A stretch of DNA of 64,000 nucleotides, taken from NCBI GenBank assembly GCA_037379345.1, contig CM074518.1:16306001-16370000 (forward strand). Direction: 5' to 3'. Made by a program: the position numbers and the translations under genes. Numbering within the stretch: the first letter of the stretch is position 1; each line of letters starts with the position of its first letter. Below the pieces are notes generated by a model, which searched no databases, had not been told where the DNA came from, and worked only from the letters and a program-made list of their open reading frames with translations. Origin of the DNA: Perna viridis (Eukaryota). This document shows, one piece after another, positions 11,201 to 21,475 of the stretch.

Positions 11201-13413
11201 CCATTAAAAAAGACAGTTGTAGCTTCAATTACACATGAGCTGAACAAAGTGCCCTAATCTCTGATTACATGAATGAAAACTGTAGTCAATAGATACCCAT
11301 TTAATGTCAGAAACTAAGTGGACAGTTTTATGTTGATATATTGGCACCAAGCTATTATATTTGTATTACATATTGGTATCCATAGGTTTTTCAAAGTTTT
11401 TTTTTATGGACATATTGACTATTTGATTGTACTATTGTAACCATGGATTTTACCTGGGTTCCCCATCAAACTGGTTTACACCATTATCTATTGCATCTAT
11501 TTCTTCTACAAAATTGTCATAAACTTTATCATATATTGTCTCTGTTATAGCATCACTGACATCAGTATCTAAGATTCTTGCCACTATGTCCTTCCCAAAA
11601 TGACAATACACTAATCCAGCACTACTAAGTTTTGTTTTCCATTTTTTCTCTGGCTTTAGAGAATTCATGGTCTCTGTAAATGTTCTACAAAATGAAGGAT
11701 AAAATACCTGTAATATGTAGCATAAATCTTACTTCTACAGTTCTTTTAAAGAAATGTTTTATCTGTACATTAGGTATAACATGTATGTTTACATATCCAT
11801 ATTGGAAACCAACATTTTAATTTTTTGGCCTAACTGATATTAAAAATTGTTAGATGTACTAGATGTGAATGGAAACTTAATTTTTATATAAAAAATAAAT
11901 GTTTGCAAATAAGTCAGCATAATTTGATGTGGGATATGATTATCGGTAATCTGTACTATCTTTCTTTGATCCTGTTGACATATGTTTCAAGATATTCAAA
12001 AATATTGGTCAAAAACATATTGATTGCCACATCTATAGAGTTTTGAATGAAAATAGCTACTGTACTTACATTACTAGATCTTTTACGTGACTAAATGTAC
12101 ATTAAAATGATTAAAAATGTGAAAATTAGATACCTGAACCGATCCGTTCAACAAAAATTGCAATCGTTCATCGATCACTGATCAGTTTCCAGTCAGTCAT
12201 TGATCTGTCAAACTGATCCATTTAACTGGTGATCGCATCACGTGACCACAGGGCGATCAATGTTTTTTACATTTTTTGTTGTTTTCTTTGTCAATTTTAC
12301 ACATATTTATATAATGTAATATATTTAAACATCAATTTATACTTATATTTCACATTGCTTTTATTAAAAACAGATCATACGTCATTTTACATAACAAAAC
12401 TGCGAGCAGATCGGTCACCGGTCTTTGATCCGTCAGCGATCAATCAGTCAATGGTCATTGATCCGTCAAATAGTTGTGTGGATCGGTTCAAGGACTGTAC
12501 CAATAACCAGAATAATAGTTACTGTCAATTTTAATACTTGCAATATCATGTGGAATACCTGTCTTAGATACAAATTTTCTAAGAACCATCTATATGTATG
12601 AACTCACTTTTGATGGTGATCATATCTATGTATCTTGGGATCAAACACTCCACCAACATCAACCACAATGTCACATGTGTCCAGTAGTTTTGGATCTCTA
12701 GTTCTGTCGAATTAGAAAAAAAAATAGGTTCAGTGACAATAATATCCCACTAAAAACAACTATTTCTTTATAGAGACATGTAGTATCAGATCTACTCAGA
12801 GCTGCCATCCCCAAATCATTATATAAAAGTAAGGCTGGGGTCAGCTGGAGACTTTTTGTTTGAAGCAGACATTTTTGTTTTATAAAGCTTCTACACAAGC
12901 TCAAATGAAAACCATGACATTCATTATGCTATGCAAAAAATCTTGTGAAGCGGATTTCACTTATTTTTAAAAACTGGAAACTGTCATGATGATGATGAAA
13001 AATCCAGAAATTCATTTCTTTTCTAATTAAGACGGTATATTTTAATGACCAAAATTGGAAGGTTTGCAATAAAATAGTACAAATTGGCAGATCTCTCTCT
13101 ACTTAACCTAGCCCTTTAAGTCATGTACCTCCATGTATAAAACTAATATTCAGTAATCATCTGGTATTAAAATACCAGAAGAATAATTGGTATATAGAGT
13201 TCACTTTTACCTTATTATCTCAGCATCCTTGTATGTAGGTAGTTGTTTTAATAGAAAACATGCTAATACTTCATCACAATGGAATGAACCATTGTGTGTT
13301 CCTATCTTCATCTCTGTGCAAAGTTTCTTAGCTGGTGGTGGAGATGTCATGTGTTTCACTAATACATGTATCAATGGTCTAGCTTTAAACAGATCTTTGC
13401 TTCTGAAAAGCAT
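5300..13413 (-). CDS. MYG1: MYG1 3'-5' RNA exonuclease (UPF0160 family), 7 coding exons, 358 aa
   Basis: Exons 13413-13211, 12703-12608, 11684-11454, 10848-10770, 9880-9758, 5985-5804 and 5462-5300 have GT-AG boundaries and consistent phases, total 1077 nt, ending TAG. Motifs [83 protein letters not shown]. Confidence 0.96.
7372..8578. repeat. 1.2-kb segment bounded by a perfect 35-bp inverted repeat (possible TTAA-TSD Kolobok-like non-autonomous element)
   Basis: 7372-7406 GTTAAAAGGTATGGTCATCAGTAAAATGGATATTA is the exact reverse complement of 8544-8578. TTAA occurs at 7373-7376 and 8574-8577. Internal diverged direct repeats: ~7510-7560 vs ~8370-8420, and ~7664-7700 vs ~8437-8470. Confidence 0.6.
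7711..8368. mobile_element. Tc1/mariner-type MITE (TA TSD, CTGTAAA termini)
   Basis: Termini TACTGTAAACGTACTTATTTTC and GAAAATAAGTACCTTTACAGTA, with repeated subterminal CGCGAA(A)/AAATACCCGCGAA motifs. Confidence 0.85.
8566..9495 (+). mobile_element. Internally deleted hAT DNA transposon with transposase remnant
   Basis: TIRs CATACCTTTTAACC and GGTTAAACAGGTATG. 8-bp TSD CTGATGAC (8558-8565) / CTGATAAC (9496-9503). Plus strand 8909-9240 reads [41 protein letters not shown] and [37 protein letters not shown], which are hAT motifs including the first catalytic Asp region. Confidence 0.85.
9542..9731. mobile_element. Short degenerate TA-flanked MITE
   Basis: TATAGTAAATTCAGAA matches the reverse complement of TTCTGATTTTACAGTA at 13/16 positions. 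Confidence 0.55.
12129..12499. mobile_element. MITE with GATC-rich subterminal repeats
   Basis: Inverted termini CCTGAACCGATCC (12133) and GGATCGGTTCAAGG-ACTGTA (12480-12499); short TTGATC(C/T)GTCA repeats in both arms. Confidence 0.65.
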
Positions 13414-15461
13414 ATTTTCATAATCTCAGATTATGACTTGGAATTGTTTACCGTGATAATGTTTATACAAGTACATGTATATATCAATTTACACACTGTT
13501 ATTAGACATGATATACTCACGACGGATGATGACATGTGCCAAAATCCACAGGTGGTGATTCACACTTTTAAGATCTTAAAAATAACATTAAAAATAAACC
13601 TAAGAGTAGCTGTTCTATATGTGGGCTAAGTAAATTTACAAAATGCATATAGATACTGGTAACTGTTTCTCAACCCCAAGCAAACTAATTTCTACTGATT
13701 ACATGAACAGATCATAGAGACAAACAGAATTAGTAAACTATTCTCAATGAATATTGACAAAACTTTGGGAAGGATAGGCATCTTTTGTACATGTATATGT
13801 GCAAGGATGTACTTTTTTTTTAGATGCTGCTAAGGGCTTGAGAGTTTAGACACCAACAAAGCTTTTAAGGGCAACTAAACCATTCATTAGAATTTCATGT
13901 CACTTTACAGAATGGTTTGTTATTATGCATAGATAAATAGATAAAAAAATGATAATTTTTCAGGATCCTTGCATTGGATGGAAGGTAATTCAATGTTAAA
14001 TAGAGAGCTTGCATTTTTGTTTGTAAATCCGTCTAAATCTATAACATGCTTTGTTAAACATAAATATCATGTGCCTTTTTAATTATATGAGTGTAAAATG
14101 TGACTTGTAATGAATATTTGTATTTACATGTACATGTATGCCTACCATACATTCATCATCTTAAATATTTTTAGTGTTAGCACTATTTTTAATCTGCTGA
14201 ATCCAGGTTTTTTCACCCTAAAACTTGTTCACCCTAATAGCTGTTTGCTCTATCTTTTTTGCCCTGTATACATATATACATGTATATATAATTTCCAGTT
14301 ATATTATTTAATTAGGAATATCTTTTCAACTTATTTGGATTGTGAATAACCATGACAACAAGAAAGAGAAATTGAAAAGCACACTTACTGTAACCATAAA
14401 TATCAAAAATGAGATGAATACTGTAGGCTCTAATTTTCTTTATTATAGTATGTTCAAGTTTTTAATTTTATAAGTTTTACTTTCATATACATTTGTATGA
14501 TACTGTGGTGTAATAGTTTTACAAAAAAGTATATTCAAAAATTTAAAGTCTGTTGTCTAAAAATAGATTCTAAGAAAAGACCAAGGAGATTGATCATTTA
14601 ATTATCCTGCACTATATTAATTTGTATCAGATAATTAACAATTTCAAAAACAAAAAAAAACAAAAAAAAAACAAATGACTGTGTGTTTATTGTGTTGTTT
14701 ATAGAGATACACATGAGAGGTAACTGAAACAAAATTGATTACACACACCAGAATATCTCAAAGACATCAATTAGTAATATCAAATGCCTTAAATGTCATT
14801 TCATATTTTTTTTCCTAACCAATTGTCAAAAAGTAATTCATAGTTAACATAAACATATTTTAATGATTTGAACTAGATGAAAAATAATTTGATTCACTGG
14901 CTGGTGTCAAGGACTTATTATAACACTCTCTACTGACAACCTTAATATTCTTTTTGCAGATTGTGATGTTCCTTTGGCTTTGAGTTGTCACAATTGAATT
15001 CACAATTTGTGATAGTATTTCCAATATCGCCTTCCCTTTCTTTTCTTCACAAGTAAATATAGGGTCAGGGTGAATGGATCCTAAGCACGAATGGACCAAG
15101 AATGAACTAGAACTAGGGCTTACACTAAATTATTGTCACACAATTTCAACATGATTTTCTACTAAATTGTACAGTTAAATTGGTGACATTAGTTTACATT
15201 GTAAATATGAATTTCTATTACTGATTCTGCATCTAATGAGTTTCATGTTCATATGAATTGGCAGTGGCTCCCCGCACTAAGTTGGGGAGGGGGACTCTTG
15301 CGGCTTATTGACCTCAAGTTCCAGTTTCTATTGGAAAAAGATAAAACACCATGTATTGTACCATCAATATTATATCATCCACATTGAATATCTTGAGCAT
15401 CTAAAACTTATATATTTGACAGATTCAGAACACAATTTGTTTTGTCTTCAGTACATTCAAA

Positions 15462-15780
15462 ATGGATTGTCCATTTCGGATGAAACTGGTGATTTCAAAA
15501 GACAGACAGTCACTACGAGTATCAAAAGATTGACAGAGTTGATAAAATTCTAGACGAAAATGTTATCTTGCAGAGGATAAAACAGTGCTGACATGAACGA
15601 AATAAAACAATTCTAAAGCAAAAAGAATTGTGCAAATTTGAGTGTGTACCATGCAATTCTGACTTGCAAGCACAGCAGAGTGTCGTGGATGATGGTTGTC
15701 TGACAATTGGCAACACCTTAAGCCTGTTCCAAAGGCCATGTATTGGATGTGCAAATCGTGCAATAGGAAAGATATATTAA
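15462..15780 (+). pseudogene. Degraded transposase-like remnant (MULE/ZSWIM-type N-terminal motif next to a decayed PHD finger)
   Basis: MDCPFRMKLVISKDRQSL at 15462 is followed by stop- and frameshift-disrupted FECVPCNSDLQAQQSVVDDGCLT/WQHLKPVPKAMYWMCKSC, a PHD-like Cys pattern. Confidence 0.45.
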
Positions 15781-15957
15781 CTCTGCATTAGCTGGCAAAT
15801 TTGTTCAGTTTTGATTCAACCGAATTTTTTTGATTCAATGAAATAAGTTTGTAGTAATGCAATGGAACCAATAAATGTGGATAATACCTACAGAATATTG
15901 TGAAAACAACATTTTTTTTAATCAGAGAAGATTGATAGCTCTGGTCTAATTATTTTT

Positions 15958-16295
15958 CGCCATTACTTCTGAAGATTGCCGACAGGCCACCTGGGTTAAA
16001 AATACTTTAACCTTGTTTAAAAAATAACAATAACGGATACACAGGTAAGCAAGTGTCTTGTTTTCATATCATTTCATCTATTTTTTTTTAATTAATTTTC
16101 AAATAATGACCGTATTTGTGCCACAATATATCACAACACGTAAATTTCAAAAGGATACTTGCGTTATATTCAAACTATTTTCTTTTACGGCTTGTCGTTC
16201 TACCTTGCCGTTGAATAACCACTTTTGCTTCACAATTATGTGTTACTTAAGACGTGACCTATACAGCACGTGCACGGATTGAAGTCACCGGAAGT
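15958..16295. promoter_or_regulatory. Candidate housekeeping promoter / 5' UTR exon region
   Basis: Locally CpG-richer stretch with CGCCAT (YY1-like, 15958), CACGTG E-box (16267) and ACCGGAAGT ETS/GABP site (16287-16295). Donor-like sites on both strands: AG|GTAAGC on plus at 16045 and AAG|GTAGA on minus at 16203. Confidence 0.35.
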
Positions 16296-16391
16296 CACAA
16301 GCATACGAATTTAACTACATTAAATGATTTTTTTTTTGTACGTTTTGTACGTTGATTTTTTTGTCTTGCAAGACAATACATATATAGACAC

Positions 16392-16470
16392 TAATCCCTT
16401 TTGGGGTTCAGCGCTGGAGATCAAAACAAAAAATACATGTGTCTCCAGCGCCGAATCCCAAAAGGGATTA
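16392..16470. mobile_element. 79-bp hairpin micro-MITE with 10-bp target site duplication
   Basis: 29-bp arms TAATCCCTTTTGGGGTTCAGCGCTGGAGA and TCTCCAGCGCCGAATCCCAAAAGGGATTA (27/29 Watson-Crick), flanked by ATATAGACAC at 16382-16391 and 16471-16480. Confidence 0.9.
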
Positions 16471-19400
16471 ATATAGACACCTATTTCATGTATTTAATGC
16501 ATTTTATTTGTGGATATCAAATGAAATTATACAGGAAAAGTACAGTTTAGTAGAAATAATTCAACAGAAACAAAACATTACGAAAATGACAGCTAATGCA
16601 GCTTTAAGAATGTGAAATCCTCTTAAGCTGTGTTAATTTTTGAATATAATTATTTAAAAATATGTGATGAACATGTTCAAATTTCAAGTTTAGATTTTAC
16701 TTTATGGACTTAATAGCCTTTTTCCTTGTCATTCAACTAGTATTTTAATTTTAATATCATCCTATTTTAAGTGATAAAATATCTTATTTACATGTAAATG
16801 TTTCATTCAAGTGTTGATTTTTACATGTATGTGATGTATTCAATTAAGTGTAAATACTTGTACATCAATTTATGTCCTTTCCATGTTAACAGACTGTTTT
16901 CATGTGAAACCAGAACTTGTGGACAACTAGCCATGGACTCCCTGTGAGGCACTCTCAACGAAATTCCGAAAACAGACAAACGATGAAAAATAATAATATT
17001 TTAACATACATGTAAATATTGGTTATCTGCCCCTGATATATATGGTCGTTGTTAATACTGAGAAGTAAGTTTTGGCGTTTTCGTTGACATATAGTAGATG
17101 TATTGAACTGTGAATTGGTGAGATCATTCCATGCATGTTACACTACAATATAGTCCAAAACGATTTGTGAACAAATTCATCAAAATATTAAGTTTCTTCG
17201 TTTCACTAACATTTTCGATGGTCCATAGTGAACACTTTTCATATACATGAACAATGTGAGACATAACGGAACTTCAACCAAGTGATTTACTTCTTCATCA
17301 GAGTTTTTTAAACAGTCAATATGATGAATTCAATTCATTACCCTTGTCACAAGAAATTACTACCCATTCTCAGCCAGACATTCTATCCATGAATAACATA
17401 ACTGACATTGCATGCTTGATAGATTTCGTTAACACCCATCTCAAAGCACTACCCAAAGATAATTTTGTAGAACTTCTCTTAGAAAGATGCGCCAAGTGTA
17501 ACTGTGATATAGTATGTCAGATATGAGCTCTTCGATATTGTAAAACGTCGAGAAACCTTTCCATATAAAAACGCTATTTTGAAGAAGCAACTAGGTCCAC
17601 GGAAACCCAATGGTGAGCCTGTCGAATTAAAACTTGCTAATGACTGTTACACACTCTTTCTCCTGATATCAGGTGACTATAGCGATGACTTGAAAAACGT
17701 ACTCAATGTGCACTTCTACACCTCATCACGAAAAGCAAACTCTCAAGAAAATGACATTAGCTTGTCTCAAACTGACACTTCCATTGATACCTAAAACATC
17801 CTTACAAAGGACTCCATAGTGAGGATCGAACCGGAACTAAATTCCCTTAAAGGAGAATATACACAAGACATAGAATTTCTCAATGAAACTGTTGAAAATA
17901 TAGTGAAAGAAAACACTCTAAAAACCAAGAAAGGCTACAAAACTGTCAGAACCAAATCACTACGCTACGTGCTTCGAACATTGCATCATCTGCTGATGTA
18001 AAAAAATCTTCAAACGCACATTCATTCACTGGAAAAAAAACCTGAGAACTAAATTGCTCAAAAAACTCAAAAACAGCATCTAGCACGGTAGAATTAAGAA
18101 ATAAGCTAAACTGCTCAAACGCCGAATTAAAACAGTTAACAACTGATGTTTCGAAGATAAGAAGTGATATGCTAGCATTAAAGCAAAGCTTAAATGAACT
18201 TAAAACCTGCGTCAAATCAGACTTTTCTAGATTAAACCAATTAAATGATACTCGTGCGTTAGGAATATCTAGTCTTAAAAACAAAACAAATTTGATCAAC
18301 GACAAACTCAAGGAGTTTGACGAAAACTTTGCCACCATAAGCACTAGTTGCGCTTCACTTTCCTCATCAATAACTGACCTCAAAAAGCGCTTAGGCAACG
18401 CAGAAAGAGAGTTGAAAAATGTTGATAAAACAACTAGGTCATATGCTGAAATTCTAAAGACCAAACGTAATCAATCTGAGCTTGAAGGTATCGACCTTAC
18501 TACCAAATCTATGTCCAACTCTTCATCAGACAATGTTAAATGTTCTGACCTTCCACCACCAAACAAAAGAAGTACACACTTTATATCACCTGACAATTCT
18601 ATGCGTTCTGATATCCCAGAATCACAAGGATGATCTACGCACTGCGTTCCATCTGTAAATGCCAGAATCTCTGACATCCCGCAAACATTGCACAACAATG
18701 ATCCATTGGAAACTCCTAGGTCTGAAAACTCTCTGACTCGTGTAGAAAAACTGTCTTCCGATACAAGAATAAGGGACATACCCACTAATGCTCAACGTGT
18801 TGATATTTGTGAATACTCGAGGGAAAATATGTCTGAACCTTTAAATGATACATGTCTTAGTAATAAAGGTATCCCAGTGCATTTTCTGACACCAGCATGT
18901 TATCCTACAAGTTCTTCCAAATTTTGCAGTTTTGTGCAAAAAGAAAAGCGTAAAATAAGTCATTTCTATGTTGGTGGTATCAATAAATACACTTCGTCTG
19001 AAGCTGTGATGCGATCGTTTCTTTTAGAGAAAGGTGTACGAGTAACACATCTCCATTACTTCGACAGGTCAAACATGAGAACTGCCTCCGCTCAAGTTAA
19101 CATTGACGAATGTGACGAATATAAATTACATGAACATTCTTTCTGGCCTGAAGGTATCTTCATGAAAAATTGGCTTCCTTGGAATGTTTTTCGAAATGAA
19201 AAATTAGGACATAAATAACTACACAGATTTACAGTAACTAGACAATGAAACTTAATATTGCTTGTTTGAACTGCAGAGGCATTATGTCAGCTGTTCCCCA
19301 TCTTTTAAACTTTTTTACAGAAGAAAATTGATATTATCGCATTGTCTGAACACTGGTTACGTAAATCACAATTTGATTTTCTTGACACTATTGACAGTCG

Positions 19401-19599
19401 TCGTTATAAAGCTTTCGGGAAAGGCGTTGATGAATTTTCCCCCCGAGAACTATAGATGCAATGCCCATAGTGGAGTGAGTTTTCTAGTTTCAAAACATTT
19501 ATGTCCTTTTATATACGAAATAGACATAGACAGTAGCAGAATATGTGGTATAGAACTGAAAATTCTAAATGAACGAAGCATTTTCTTTTTGTCTGTGTA

Positions 19600-19780
19600 T
19601 CCATCTGCACCATGAAAACTGATATTTTCAACGGGTCATAGTTTTCCTTTCGTCGTTTGTCTACCCCGGACTTGACTTTTTATGAGCAACTCGGTGGGTG
19701 TTTCTAGAAAAGCATAGGACGCTTACCCTACTCTGCCAGTTTTTAGTGGAGTCCGAGTTGCTCATTTGCTTTTGTTACTT
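19600..19780 (+). mobile_element. Penelope-like 3' tail fragment inserted into LINE ORF2
   Basis: Matches the element at 2560-2810 (TCCATCTGCAC..ACCCCGGACTTGAC..ATGAGCAACTCGG..CCGAGTTGCTCAT). It is flanked by TGTA (19596-19599 and 19781-19784), and removing it restores the endonuclease motif SVYLP. Confidence 0.85.
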
Positions 19781-21151
19781 TGTACCTACCTGCTGTCACG
19801 TGCACACAACCACATGATCTATTTATCCGTGAACTCGAATACCTTTTCGATATTTACAGTGCATTCTCTAATCATGGGACAGTTTTCATGCTTGGCAATT
19901 TCAATTGTAAAGTGTCTGGGCCCAGTATCTCATCATTTTCTCTAGACAAATGGAGCAGCCTATTGGAAGAGTTATTGCTTCAAAACAATAGCGTGTCCCT
20001 TCACGTTGAAGAATTTGCTAGAGGGCCTACCCACACATTCTAATCATACTCTAACGGTCCAAAATCTGTAATTGATCACATAACTAATCATAGAGACAAT
20101 CCGCAAGATGTTAGTAAAGTTTTTGTAACGGACGATGATCATATGTACAATGTTTAGGACCATAAACCAATAGCATGTGCCTATGACAATATGACAGACT
20201 CAAATCCATTCTCAAATAGTGCCACTATTAATGAATTTGCTTGCGAGAAAGTTGCTTGGTCAAAAGCTAAAACCTCAGACGTTCTAATTGACTACTCGTT
20301 TGCATTGTCTCAAAATTTGTGGTGTATTCAAGCTCCAGCCGCTGCTTCCCCAGATGATATTGAAGTGTACTATAAAGCTATAGTTGACGCCATCAAGTCC
20401 GCCGATAACGACACTCTGCCTCGCAAACGATTCATAAAGCATCATAAACCATATTAGTCTAAAACTGTTTTGATATCTAATACAAAATGAGAGAAAAATG
20501 AACTGCACGGATTCTTAATGGCAAAGTTCATAGTCGTAATGATGCACATTTTGTGAACTATATGAACGCTAAGAGGGATTTCCGACACCAACTGCAAAAA
20601 AACGTATAATGAACATTTGCAAAAGTGCTGCAAAATGATTGAAGATTCTGTTGAAACTGATCAAAAGTATGTGTGGTCCGTTTTAAAAAGTAGAAGACAA
20701 CATAAAACTAGCTGTCATGAACTAAACGTGAATGGTGTATCACACACTAACGATAATGACATATGTAATGCGTGGGCTGAACATTTTGAATCACTATCCA
20801 AATTTGATCACACGTTAAAAAATCGAGAAAACATCAATTTCATTGATGAACTGGTTCGTGAAATTCATCTGAACTGCCATATTAATGATATAAAACTTGA
20901 GCAATTCGCCTTCAATGAGATATCTGATATTTGTAACAACCTGTCAAGCAACAAATCTACCGCTTTGGATAATATATCTTACGAACACATCAAATATGGC
21001 GGAAAGAGTCTTGTAAAACACCTGTGTAATTTATTCACTATAATACTTTAATCATGCTATATTCCCTTGTGCTGGAAGACTAGTGCAGTTATTCCACTTT
21101 TAAAGGCGGAAATAAAAAGAAAAGCGATCCTAATTCGTACTGTGGAATATC

Positions 21152-21475
21152 TATGGCAAACCGTTGTGAAATTTATTCCTCATTTATTGATTATAATAAT
21201 TTATGTATTGATATTAATAAATGAATTATCAATAAATTGGCATTTATTGATATCAATAAACCTTACATATTTATTAACCTGTTAATAAATATATATTGAT
21301 ATCAATAAATTATTTATTAACATGTTAATAAATATTTCTCAACATGTTAATAATTCATCTTTTTATTGATATTAATAAATCATTTATGCACATGTTGATA
21401 AATATTTATCAACATGTTATTAAATATTTATTGATATCAATAAATGGGGAATCAATTTCACAATGGCTTGTCATA
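21152..21475. mobile_element. 324-bp palindromic MITE with TAT...ATA ends and 6-bp TSD (IS3EU-like), nested in LINE ORF2
   Basis: ~40-bp imperfect TIRs (TATGGCAAACCGTTGTGAAATTT and AATTTCACAATGGCTTGTCATA). TSD AATATC at 21146-21151 and 21476-21481. Excision restores SYCGISLCSISKVFEK. The interior is AT-rich TTATTGATATCAATAA/TTAACATGTTAA palindromes. Confidence 0.88.

Noticed and set aside
14860-15099. 79-aa minus-strand ORF as an additional MYG1 exon
   Set aside because: The MYG1 CDS is complete without it, and it has no recognisable homology.
17946-18785. 172-aa and 104-aa minus-strand ORFs
   Set aside because: Antisense to LINE ORF1, with no independent protein features.
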